Under the pieces are notes generated by a model, which worked only from the letters and a program-made list of their open reading frames with translations, was not told the DNA's origin and ran no database searches. The translations under genes were made by a program, and so were the position numbers. Below are positions 37,771-46,468 of a stretch of DNA of 64,000 bases, piece by piece (positions within the stretch are counted from its first letter, which is position 1; each line of letters opens with the position of its first letter). Location: positions 32,001-96,000 of the IMG/VR virus record IMGVR_UViG_3300010316_000005. One strand, given 5' to 3'. The stretch is from a virus.

Positions 37771-38083
37771 AACACCAGTACACGACGAAGGCAGTCGCAA
37801 GGCATTTAGCTATTATGCCGACTTGCTACGCAGTAAAGGCGTTAAGCCAAAGAATCATACACTGATTACAGACGGTGATCCAACTAGCTTAGAACACCTA
37901 TTATGGATGTGCTTAGAATGCGAACCACAGGTTAGAGACGATGGCCACGGAATGAGCGTAGACAAGTATTCAAGATGGCTTGGATTTATTCAAGGGTGTA
38001 TTATTATGCACGGACTAACAACTGTTAAAGAAGAACGAAACCGAACCCGGCCGTGGTTCACTGATCCAAAAAGGAAAGTATGA
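37751..38083 (+). CDS. Hypothetical protein
   Basis: HLLWMC...KYSRWLGFIQG. Confidence 0.6.
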   Translation: MALPPRRTPVHDEGSRKAFSYYADLLRSKGVKPKNHTLITDGDPTSLEHLLWMCLECEPQVRDDGHGMSVDKYSRWLGFIQGCIIMHGLTTVKEERNRTRPWFTDPKRKV

Positions 38084-38610
38084 TGAACAAGAAATATTAT
38101 AACTGGAAAGATGTAACGTCAGCAGCAACTTCAATTGCTATGCAGATGTATAAAGACAATTATCGTCCTGATTACATTGTAGGTATTACCCGCGGTGGCC
38201 TGCCACTAGCTACTATACTCAGTCATATGACTAACATTCCGATGGAGACATTAAAAGTACAATTACGAGCCAGTGAACAATGTGAAACAAATTGCTGGAT
38301 GTCCGAAGATGCGTTCGGGTATGTATCCGACCAAGCGACTTACAAAAGCCGATGGGATGTTAGTCAACGAAAAAAGATACTCATCGTCGACGACATCAAC
38401 GACACGGGTGCAACATTTGACTGGATCAAAGAAGATTGGCGCAGCGGGTGTCTGCCTGGCGAGGATACTTGGGATACAGTATGGCACAATACAGTTAAGT
38501 TTGCAGTAATGACTGACAATCTAAGTAGCTCGTTCAAAACAGATTATGCATGGGACGAAGTAAACAAAGCCGAGAACGATGTCTGGCTAGTATACCCTTG
38601 GGAGGCTTAA
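38080..38610 (+). CDS. Purine phosphoribosyltransferase (Gpt-like)
   Basis: VGITRGG, ILIVDDINDTGAT PRPP loop, VYPWE. Confidence 0.88.
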   Translation: MMNKKYYNWKDVTSAATSIAMQMYKDNYRPDYIVGITRGGLPLATILSHMTNIPMETLKVQLRASEQCETNCWMSEDAFGYVSDQATYKSRWDVSQRKKILIVDDINDTGATFDWIKEDWRSGCLPGEDTWDTVWHNTVKFAVMTDNLSSSFKTDYAWDEVNKAENDVWLVYPWEA

Positions 38611-39039
38611 TTGCCACAACTAATATATCTAGATGCCACGAAGTTTGAGATATATGAATATTTTCCCAACGCTAGCCGAGGTTATAACCAGCAATGGGAT
38701 CTCAGATTGGAAGAAGAATATCCATATCACGTATACGCACACACCGAAGATGATGCTAGAATATTAAAGAACGTCCGAAAGTATATAGAGAAGCGTGGCA
38801 TTGATGATGTATTTTACGGAAAGATAGACAAGAGTTATAGCTATTGTTATAACATAGAAAAAGCAAACTCGTGGGATCAAAATTGGGATCGGGTAACAAA
38901 TCACTGGTGGAAATTTTCCTTTGGTAGCGATGTAGACCTAAATATGCTTGTACTACAGCACCAATGTTTAAAATCGGAAATGACTGACTTTCATCCCGAA
39001 TATGAATGGCACAACGAAACTAACACTAGAAAATGGTAA
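38611..39039 (+). CDS. Hypothetical protein
   Basis: GGAGG RBS, TTG start. Confidence 0.55.
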   Translation: MPQLIYLDATKFEIYEYFPNASRGYNQQWDLRLEEEYPYHVYAHTEDDARILKNVRKYIEKRGIDDVFYGKIDKSYSYCYNIEKANSWDQNWDRVTNHWWKFSFGSDVDLNMLVLQHQCLKSEMTDFHPEYEWHNETNTRKW

Positions 39040-39052
39040 AAAGGAGAATACT

Positions 39053-39253
39053 ATGAGAGAAGAAATGATAAAAGTAGCAATAGCCCATGCAAAGGCACAT
39101 ATCGGTAAGCATAAGATGAACGTAGAAGTTTATCTTAAGAACCCTGTAGGCATTGGAGAGCACTCCGATATTATGGAGGCTATTGAGATTGAAATTGAAC
39201 AAATGGCAAAGTACCACGATCAGCTTGAAATGCTTGAGAAATATTTCAAGTAA
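39053..39253 (+). CDS. Small phage protein
   Basis: AAGGAG RBS; NVEVYLKNPVGIGEHSDI. Confidence 0.7.
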   Translation: MREEMIKVAIAHAKAHIGKHKMNVEVYLKNPVGIGEHSDIMEAIEIEIEQMAKYHDQLEMLEKYFK

Positions 39254-39256
39254 TGC

Positions 39257-39285
39257 TTGACAAAAATCTAAATACAAGGTATAAT
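39257..39285 (+). promoter_or_regulatory. Consensus sigma70 promoter for folE
   Basis: TTGACA-17-TATAAT. Confidence 0.85.
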
Positions 39286-39338
39286 AGTTACAAGGACTAT
39301 TATACCTAGTCATCCACGACAAAAACTCGGAGAATTTA

Positions 39339-40022
39339 ATGAAGAAATATGAAGAAATTATCGCACGTTGCAAAAACGCTGACAAGCGATATTGGGCAGG
39401 CGATAATGTCCACCGCCTTATTTATGAAGGTGAAAAAGAACAACTAATCGACGAGGCAACACAAGCATTTGAAACTGTACTCGATACTCTAATTATTGAC
39501 AGACATAATGATCCTAACAGTCAAGGCACAGCAAGAAGACTTGCTAAGATGTACTTTAACGAGATCATGGCAGGACGATACGACGGGCGACCGTCGGCAA
39601 CAGCGTTTCCGAATGATACTGAAGATCGTTATGAAGGTATGTTAGTAGTGCGTAGTGAACTTAAATCAATGTGTTCGCATCATCACCAGCCTGTTACGGG
39701 CGTAGCATACATTGGCATCATTGCTGCTGACAAGCTTATTGGATTGAGTAAGTATACCCGACTGGCTCAGTGGTGCGCAAGGCGCGGCACATTACAGGAA
39801 GAACTTGCTAACGATATTGCTAGAGAAATTAGCAATGCGACCGGCGCAGAAAATCTTGGTGTTTACATTCAGGCAACACACGGCTGTTGTGAGAATCGAG
39901 GCATTATGGCAACTAGCAGTCTTACGCAAACCACAGTACTTAAAGGCAGCTTCAAGGATGATGCAGGAACAAAGAAAGAATTCTTTGATAATATTAAACT
40001 GCAACAGGAGTTTTCAAAATGA
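39339..40022 (+). CDS. folE: GTP cyclohydrolase I
   Basis: T..RLAKMY, SMCSHH, IGLSK..R, LQE, HGCCENRG. Confidence 0.93.
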   Translation: MKKYEEIIARCKNADKRYWAGDNVHRLIYEGEKEQLIDEATQAFETVLDTLIIDRHNDPNSQGTARRLAKMYFNEIMAGRYDGRPSATAFPNDTEDRYEGMLVVRSELKSMCSHHHQPVTGVAYIGIIAADKLIGLSKYTRLAQWCARRGTLQEELANDIAREISNATGAENLGVYIQATHGCCENRGIMATSSLTQTTVLKGSFKDDAGTKKEFFDNIKLQQEFSK

Positions 40023-40312
40023 AGTGGGCCAAGAGAAAAGTAAAACGGATGTTAGAAAGATTGCTGTTCGAAGAGCCTACATGCGACTCTGGAGAAAATA
40101 CAGTCTCTTGTAAACCATCTATAAATTCAAGGATTGATACTGACCCTGCTATAACTTTTAAAATCTACAGCGCAGTGAACGGAAAAGTTATAGAGTTTTA
40201 TAAGTATGACCGAGTTACTGACAAAAGTCATACTAGTGTGTATATTGTTGGAAAAGACGAAGACGTAGCAGAGCGAGTTGGAAGATGTCTTAGTTTAGAG
40301 TTGTTAAAATGA
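40019..40312 (+). CDS. Hypothetical protein
   Basis: ATGA coupling. Confidence 0.6.
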   Translation: MKWAKRKVKRMLERLLFEEPTCDSGENTVSCKPSINSRIDTDPAITFKIYSAVNGKVIEFYKYDRVTDKSHTSVYIVGKDEDVAERVGRCLSLELLK

Positions 40313-40379
40313 AGAACAAGGGCATCGGCGGCACACACAAAGCATTTGCTAATCAACTATATAATACATTGGAGATAAA

Positions 40380-41252
40380 ATGAAATTAAGATATTCAGAA
40401 GCGTTTTATAGCGTACAAGGCGAAGGTATGTTTGTAGGAGTGCCTAGCGTATTTCTACGTACCTTCGGATGCAACTTCCGTTGCATGAACTTCGGGTTGC
40501 CGCGCGGTACTCCAAAAGGTAAATACAATCCAGAGGTGAAGGCATTAATCGATCAAGGCGTGCATAAGACAACTAAGGAGTTTACAGATCTGCCAATCGT
40601 CCATACAGGATGCGATACATACGCAAGTATCTATCCCGAGTTTAAAGATCTCGTAATGGACAGAACAATTGACGAAGTTGTAGAGCATCTTCTTAGTCTA
40701 ACGCCAGAAGGCAAGTGGACTATGGATAACGGACAAGACATCCATCTTATCCTAACTGGCGGTGAACCTTTGCTTGCTTGGCAGCGTTTATACGTAGAGC
40801 TGTTTGAGCATCCAAGAATGAAGGACTTACGCAATGTTACAATTGAAACAAATACTACACAATATTTACACCAAGAGTTCAGAGACTACATCAAGAATAA
40901 CGCAGGATTTAAAACTACATTTTCATGTAGCCCGAAGCTCTCTGTTTCAGGAGAATCTTGGGAGGACGCTATCAAGCCTGATGTTGCTGCTAACTATGCT
41001 AGCATTATTAACGCTAACATCTATTTTAAGTTTGTGGTCGCTGACGAAGTTGATGTCGAGGAAGTTGCTAAGGCTGTTGAAGAATACAGAAACTTCGGAG
41101 TGGATTGTCCTGTCTACCTCATGCCGCTCGGCGGGCGTTCCGAGGGTTATGCACTTACAGAAAGAAAAGTCGCAGAACTCGCAATGGAACTCGGATGGAG
41201 ATTTACTCCAAGATTGCATATTGGATTATTCGGAAATGCCTGGGGGACTTGA
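40380..41252 (+). CDS. queE: 7-carboxy-7-deazaguanine synthase (radical SAM)
   Basis: FYSVQGEG..G.PSVFLR..GCN.RC...CDT, LTGGEP, IETN, SPKL, RLH. Confidence 0.9.
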   Translation: MKLRYSEAFYSVQGEGMFVGVPSVFLRTFGCNFRCMNFGLPRGTPKGKYNPEVKALIDQGVHKTTKEFTDLPIVHTGCDTYASIYPEFKDLVMDRTIDEVVEHLLSLTPEGKWTMDNGQDIHLILTGGEPLLAWQRLYVELFEHPRMKDLRNVTIETNTTQYLHQEFRDYIKNNAGFKTTFSCSPKLSVSGESWEDAIKPDVAANYASIINANIYFKFVVADEVDVEEVAKAVEEYRNFGVDCPVYLMPLGGRSEGYALTERKVAELAMELGWRFTPRLHIGLFGNAWGT

Positions 41253-41296
41253 CAGTCTCCCAGCTTCAAGAAACAGTATTGTAAAAGGAAAGAATA

Positions 41297-41464
41297 ATGA
41301 AGGAACCAAGAATAGTTAAACTAACTACTGAACTTAAAGAAACAGTAGATCGTCTTAATCGAATTACAACAATTTTAGATAAAGCAGGAGTTGCATACAA
41401 GCTTCCTCGTAACAATGACGGGACACACGAAGTTACTTATGTAATACAAAGGGTAGAATACTAA
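41297..41464 (+). CDS. Small hypothetical protein (55 aa, not in ORF track)
   Basis: AAGGA RBS, TAATG coupling. Confidence 0.55.
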   Translation: MKEPRIVKLTTELKETVDRLNRITTILDKAGVAYKLPRNNDGTHEVTYVIQRVEY

Positions 41465-41934
41465 TGAAACAATGGATTAAAAAGATAACAGGAATAGCTG
41501 ATTTAGAAGCGGCGGCGCAAGCAGCAACTGACAAACGTATTGCCGAAGAAGAACGAATCATCGAATTAGCAAAAAAGAAGGTTGACGCTGAAGAGACTAC
41601 AAAGCAAGCTGAAGACGCTGCCGAACTTGCAAAGATGTCTCCCAAAGAGCGGGCAACTGCTAAAGGTGAGCCTTGGATCAACGTCCTCGGCGTGAAGGTT
41701 AACGAGGACAATATCCGCAATGGGTTCTTTGAACTTGATTGGAACGAGTTGTTTCTTGATGAGTTGCGCTTGGCTGGTTACGGTCTAGAAGGCGATCCTG
41801 AAGAAGAGATTGTAGATCGTTGGTTCAGAGATATCGTATCCCAGATGCTTGAAGCAGAAGGAATGGATACAAACAGAGGTTCTGGTTATATCAGTGTAGT
41901 TCCATTGGACAAAGGCAAATCAGAAGTATCATGA
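41464..41934 (+). CDS. Hypothetical phage protein
   Basis: GEPW...NGFFELDWN...IVDRWF. Confidence 0.65.
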   Translation: MKQWIKKITGIADLEAAAQAATDKRIAEEERIIELAKKKVDAEETTKQAEDAAELAKMSPKERATAKGEPWINVLGVKVNEDNIRNGFFELDWNELFLDELRLAGYGLEGDPEEEIVDRWFRDIVSQMLEAEGMDTNRGSGYISVVPLDKGKSEVS

Positions 41935-41954
41935 ACACATACATCCTAGTTTAA
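41931..41954 (+). pseudogene. Orphaned original 5' start of RNase H-like gene
   Basis: ATGA-coupled MNTYILV* versus MNKTYIIIDTAN at 42749. Confidence 0.65.
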
Positions 41955-42612
41955 GAAACTTCATAGGCTGTATAATTCTTATATGGCCTATTTTTTTTAA
42001 TATATCTATGAAATACTTGATAATTTAAGTTTTGTGTGTTACACCATTCCCTAAGACTAAACACAGAAAATTCTTGGTTAGTTTCTAAATTACAAATTAT
42101 CCATTTTTAGCAGTCGTTTTATACTTTATGTCAGACAACGTCTTTCCAGTATTCCACGGTTTACGTCTCTTAGTAGCATTACTAATTTTGTTAGCATGAT
42201 CTTTAGATATAGTCCGGCCCTTTTGTGCTAAACTCATTCGTGCCTTTTGTTCTAGTGATCGTTTCTTTCCGGTATTATATTCGTGTAAATCAAATTCGAC
42301 CATAGCATATGTTTTGTTTAACCATTTATCAGAAGTTGCTGCCTTTAGCCTTAACAAAACTTTATGCTCCTATATTTTAGCAGACTTGGCATCAGAAAAG
42401 GTGTTTCTAACTTGTATTATATCAGGCTCTCCGTATTTTTCTCTATATTTAGAGACTTCTTTACTCGAAGTAAAATAGGTTGTCCAAAGATCATTAGGGT
42501 GACAACCTGTCTCATAAAGACAATATTTTTGTTTAGCATACCTCATTCCATAATAGTACTTGTTTAGATCAGACTATCCGATTAGATATGTGTAAGGTGT
42601 ATAAATATTCAT
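41951..42612 (-). pseudogene. Degenerate GIY-YIG-like/NUMOD3 homing endonuclease (2 in-frame TAG, 1 frameshift)
   Basis: MNIYTPYTYLIG*SDLNKYYYG...YFTSS...KI*EHKVL...WLNK; frameshift in A-run near 42105. Confidence 0.8.
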
Positions 42613-42634
42613 GCTGGAACTTCCTTTCTTGTTC

Positions 42635-42687
42635 TAGAGTAGTTAGGGAGACTACCACATATCCCGTGAACTACACTACTATTTATC
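42635..42687 (-). promoter_or_regulatory. Late promoter and structured 5' leader hairpin (copy 2)
   Basis: GATAAATA then GTAGTT-CAC-GGGA-(12 nt)-TCCC-T-AACTAC. Confidence 0.7.
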
Positions 42688-42695
42688 TTTATCTC

Positions 42696-42724
42696 TTGAC
42701 ATACTTAAATAATCCTGCTATAAT
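42696..42724 (+). promoter_or_regulatory. Consensus sigma70 promoter, extended -10
   Basis: TTGACA-17-TATAAT with TG. Confidence 0.85.
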
Positions 42725-42748
42725 GTATTAAACAAGTTGGGATACGTT

Positions 42749-43738
42749 ATGAATAAAACTTATATAATAATCGATACGGCTAATGTGTTTTTTCGAGCGC
42801 GACACGTTGTACGGGGAGATATCGACACTAAGGTCGGCATGGCGCTACATATTACACTAGCAGGCGTTAGAAAGGCATGGCGTGACTTCGACGCAGACCA
42901 CGTTGTCTTTTGTCTAGAAGGCCGCAGCTGGCGTAAAGACTTTTACGAGCCTTACAAGCGCAACCGCAAAGAATCTCGCGACGCTATGACAGAATCGCAG
43001 CAAGAAGAAGATCAGATCTTCTGGGAGATCTTTGACGAGTTTAAGGATTTTATTACAACTAAGACTAACTGCACAGTATTACAGAATCCTGTACTAGAAG
43101 CAGATGATTTGATTGCAGGCTGGGTACAGAATCATCCCAACGACAATCACGTCATTATCAGCACAGACGGCGACTTTGCGCAGTTGATTGCTCCTAACGT
43201 CAAGCAGTACAACGGCGTAAGCAACGTAACTATAACGCACGAAGGCTACTTTGACGAGAAAGGCAAGCATGTAATTGATCGAAAGACCAAGCAAGCCAAG
43301 CCTGCGCCGGATCCCGAATGGCTGTTGTTTGAAAAGTGTATGCGAGGCGACACTAGCGATAACGTGTTTAGCGCATATCCAGGTGTTCGTAAGAAGGGCA
43401 CTAAGAATAAAGTAGGTCTAACTGAAGCGTTTGAAGATAAACATAACAAAGGCTTTACTTGGAATAACCTTATGTTACAGCGTTGGGTTGATCACAATGG
43501 CGAAGAGCACCGTGTAATAGACGACTATACACGTAACGTTACGCTATGCGACTTAACCGCACAACCTGCAAATATACGCTTAGAAATTCTTCAATCAATA
43601 AGTGAAGTTGAAACTAAACAAGTTAAACAAGTCGGTATGAGACTTATGAAGTTCTGCGCCAAATGGAGTCTTGTAAGCATTGCTGATCAAGCGGCGCAGT
43701 TCGCAGAGCCGCTTTCAGCGAGGTATAATGATGATTAA
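42749..43738 (+). CDS. 5'-3' exonuclease / T4 RNase H-like
   Basis: IID..N, WRKDFYEPYK.NR, EADD, STDGDF.QL, GDTSDNV. Confidence 0.9.
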   Translation: MNKTYIIIDTANVFFRARHVVRGDIDTKVGMALHITLAGVRKAWRDFDADHVVFCLEGRSWRKDFYEPYKRNRKESRDAMTESQQEEDQIFWEIFDEFKDFITTKTNCTVLQNPVLEADDLIAGWVQNHPNDNHVIISTDGDFAQLIAPNVKQYNGVSNVTITHEGYFDEKGKHVIDRKTKQAKPAPDPEWLLFEKCMRGDTSDNVFSAYPGVRKKGTKNKVGLTEAFEDKHNKGFTWNNLMLQRWVDHNGEEHRVIDDYTRNVTLCDLTAQPANIRLEILQSISEVETKQVKQVGMRLMKFCAKWSLVSIADQAAQFAEPLSARYNDD

Positions 43739-44192
43739 AGCGAAACCACTACTTAAAGATAAATTTTGGATTGTAGAGAATAACGGAGAGCGCATTGGCA
43801 CTATCGCGTTAAGCGAAGAGCGTTATATGCTAACTAAGTTAAACAAAACAGTCGAATTCTTCGACACTGAGCGACAGCTCAAAGACAAGCTTGGCACCAT
43901 ACACTGGGACAGTGCTGCCGACAACGAGCCGGTAGTAGACAAAATCATACACGGATTTCCATGTGCTGTAACTCCGTTTAATACAGTGTACGACATTCAA
44001 CGAAAGCTTCCATTGTTCACTAAAAGCGAACAGTCGAAGAGCTTGTATTGCGCAGGATACTACATCATCAAGTTTGACAAGGGATGGGTAAAGAGCTTTT
44101 GTCCTAAACTTATTACGGTGGAACGATATGAGTGCAAAGGTCCATTTAAGACAGAATTTGAAATGAAACAGGAGTTAAGCCGTGTCAACTGA
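43728..44192 (+). CDS. Hypothetical phage protein
   Basis: GAGG RBS; operonic. Confidence 0.6.
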   Translation: MMIKAKPLLKDKFWIVENNGERIGTIALSEERYMLTKLNKTVEFFDTERQLKDKLGTIHWDSAADNEPVVDKIIHGFPCAVTPFNTVYDIQRKLPLFTKSEQSKSLYCAGYYIIKFDKGWVKSFCPKLITVERYECKGPFKTEFEMKQELSRVN

Positions 44193-44433
44193 TCCACTAA
44201 ACACACTACCAATTCAGCAGTTTATCCAACAAGTAAAAAGTGCCGACAACAGCAAGGCAAGAGACTTCAAGATGTCAATCGAGCAAGCCAAGAACCTTGC
44301 ATTTACACTAGGTATTGTAATGGGGCGACTAAACGGAGATCTCGAAAAGCTGGTAGCATCTAGCGGAGACAGCGGTATAAGTGATGACACCGAAATTGAA
44401 GTCAGGCTAGACGGCGGTGTTGGATGGAAATAA
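44182..44433 (+). CDS. Hypothetical protein
   Basis: AGGAG RBS, GTG start. Confidence 0.6.
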   Translation: MSTDPLNTLPIQQFIQQVKSADNSKARDFKMSIEQAKNLAFTLGIVMGRLNGDLEKLVASSGDSGISDDTEIEVRLDGGVGWK

Positions 44434-44490
44434 TGAATTAACACCTTGGGCTTTGGATAAATATATACGTAGTTAAAAGGATGTACGTAC

Positions 44491-44781
44491 ATGTCGAGGC
44501 CCAAGCCCACCGTTATATTAGAACATATAGATAACAAAACATACAAGTGTGATCAAATACTTGATGCTGAAGCAATATGGGCAGTCTTTTACCAAGATAA
44601 GCCGTTTAACCTAAAGAGCTTTAACGCTCTTACAAATTATCCAGGGCCGAAGTACAAGAAAACAAGCTTTTCAAACCCGGGTCACGCTATCAACTTAGCT
44701 AAAAAGTTAAACGAAGAGTTCAAGAGCGATAAGTTTCGTGTGTTTAAACTAAGTCAGGGCGAGGAACTTGACTTAGAATGA
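44491..44781 (+). CDS. Hypothetical phage protein
   Basis: Late motif and AAGGA; GPKYKKTSFSNPGHA. Confidence 0.65.
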   Translation: MSRPKPTVILEHIDNKTYKCDQILDAEAIWAVFYQDKPFNLKSFNALTNYPGPKYKKTSFSNPGHAINLAKKLNEEFKSDKFRVFKLSQGEELDLE

Positions 44782-45173
44782 ACTGGAGAGACGTTTACAC
44801 TAAGATATTTTTAAAAGAACTAGGTGAGACCGTCAACGATCAAAACGTTGCACAGCATATGCCGCTATGGTGGATGAACTATCGTAAGCAGACAGCAGGC
44901 GGTCTTCGATTAACTGACGAAGGGTTTGAGTTAATCGAACAAATCGGACTCACCGTTCATACTATACCATATCCTAAAGAGATGAAGATGACTGCTCAGA
45001 TCCTAGTCTTCCTTGACAACTTCATCGACTGTCCGTACTACTTAGACAAAAAGGCTATCGTGGTAACAAACGAACGAAAGGCAGTCGAGCTCTGCTTGTT
45101 CGCAGGTGACCTGCGCAAGTACGGTCTAGTCAAAGCTCTAAAAAGACAAGAAAAAGATCCAGAAAGTGGTTGA
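44778..45173 (+). CDS. Hypothetical phage protein
   Basis: ATGA coupling; GLRLTDEG. Confidence 0.6.
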   Translation: MNWRDVYTKIFLKELGETVNDQNVAQHMPLWWMNYRKQTAGGLRLTDEGFELIEQIGLTVHTIPYPKEMKMTAQILVFLDNFIDCPYYLDKKAIVVTNERKAVELCLFAGDLRKYGLVKALKRQEKDPESG

Positions 45174-45198
45174 CCATCCATTGTGTTGGTGCTATATT
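45170..45198 (+). promoter_or_regulatory. Sigma70-type promoter
   Basis: TTGACC-17-TATATT with TG. Confidence 0.55.
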
Positions 45199-45262
45199 GT
45201 ATAAGTAGACAGTAAGAAACACACTAGCAACAACGCTACAACACACAGACAAGGATTAAAAT

Positions 45263-46345
45263 ATGTCAGATCACGCCCGTACAGTAACACCAAACAAAGC
45301 AAAAAATGCACTTCGTCACGCGATGCTCAAGAAGCGTCCAGTTTTCCTTTGGGGCCCTCCAGGTATCGGCAAGTCCGATGTAGTTCAGCAAATTGCTGAT
45401 GGCCTTGATGCAAAGATGATCGATGTTCGTTTGTCACTCTGGGAACCAACAGACATCAAAGGTATTCCATACTTCGACAGCAACATCGGTAAGATGGTAT
45501 GGGGTGAGCCAAGCGAACTTCCAGATCAGGCACTTGCTGATCAGTACGAAAACATTGTTCTTTTCCTAGACGAAATGAACTCAGCTGCTCCGAGCGTACA
45601 GGCTGCGGCATATCAGCTGATCCTTAACCGCAAGGTTGGTGAATACACGCTGCCAGATAACGTTATGATTGTTGCTGCTGGTAACCGTGAAGCTGACAAA
45701 GGTGTAACATATCGTATGCCGGCTCCGCTTGCTAACCGTTTTGTACACCTTGAAATGGCTGTTCACTTTGATGACTGGTTCCAGTGGGCAGTTGAAAACA
45801 AGGTACACCAAGACGTTGTTGGTTACTTGCAGTTTGCCAAGCAGGATATTTACACTTTTGATCCTAAGAGCCCGAGCCGCTCGTTTGCTACTCCGCGTTC
45901 GTGGACTTTCGTAAGCGAATTGCTCGAAGATGCACTGGACGCAGGTACTACAACTGACTTGGTTGCTGGTGCAATCGGCGAAGGTCTTGCTGTAAAGTTC
46001 ATGGCACACCGCAAAGTTGCTGCTAACATGCCAATGCCCGGCGATATCTTGGCAGGCAAGGTAAAAGAGCTCAAGACTAAAGAGGTTAGTGCTATGTACT
46101 CATTGACTATCTCTTTGTGCTACGAGCTGAAAGAGGCAAGCGACGCAGGCGACAAGAAGTTCGACTTTATGGTTAACAACTTCTTCCGCTTTGCAATGGA
46201 CAACTTCGAAACTGAGATGGTTGTTATGGGCATCAAGCTTGCGCTGACACAGTACGGGCTGCCAATTGATCCGGACGCAATCGACTGCTTTGATGAGTTC
46301 CACGACCGTTACGGTAAGTACATCAGCGCAGCACAAGGCGCTTAA
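45263..46345 (+). CDS. MoxR-like AAA+ ATPase
   Basis: GPPGIGKS, LFLDEMN, AAGN, PLANRF, TPRSW. Confidence 0.88.
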   Translation: MSDHARTVTPNKAKNALRHAMLKKRPVFLWGPPGIGKSDVVQQIADGLDAKMIDVRLSLWEPTDIKGIPYFDSNIGKMVWGEPSELPDQALADQYENIVLFLDEMNSAAPSVQAAAYQLILNRKVGEYTLPDNVMIVAAGNREADKGVTYRMPAPLANRFVHLEMAVHFDDWFQWAVENKVHQDVVGYLQFAKQDIYTFDPKSPSRSFATPRSWTFVSELLEDALDAGTTTDLVAGAIGEGLAVKFMAHRKVAANMPMPGDILAGKVKELKTKEVSAMYSLTISLCYELKEASDAGDKKFDFMVNNFFRFAMDNFETEMVVMGIKLALTQYGLPIDPDAIDCFDEFHDRYGKYISAAQGA

Positions 46346-46351
46346 TCATAT

Positions 46352-46388
46352 AGAGTGGGCAAGGTCAAACTTGCCCACTCTTCTTATT
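46352..46388 (+). terminator. Intrinsic terminator
   Basis: AGAGTGGGCAAG-gtcaaa-CTTGCCCACTCT then TCTTATT. Confidence 0.75.
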
Positions 46389-46406
46389 CAACAGATGCTT
46401 TTTGAC

Positions 46407-46435
46407 TTGACACAGACTTCGATTGCTGTTATAGT
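46407..46435 (+). promoter_or_regulatory. Sigma70-type promoter
   Basis: TTGACA-17-TATAGT with TG. Confidence 0.7.
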
Positions 46436-46468
46436 TATAGCATAAACAGAGAAACAAAGAGGTTTACT

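Noticed and set aside
39286-39338. preQ1 riboswitch upstream of folE
   Set aside because: Only short alternative hairpins (GACTA/TAGTC, GTC/GAC); I could not match the preQ1 consensus.
42370-42576. Genome-wide TAG recoding suggested by in-frame TAGs
   Set aside because: Other genes are not interrupted, thyA ends at TAG at its normal C-terminus, and this ORF also has a frameshift.
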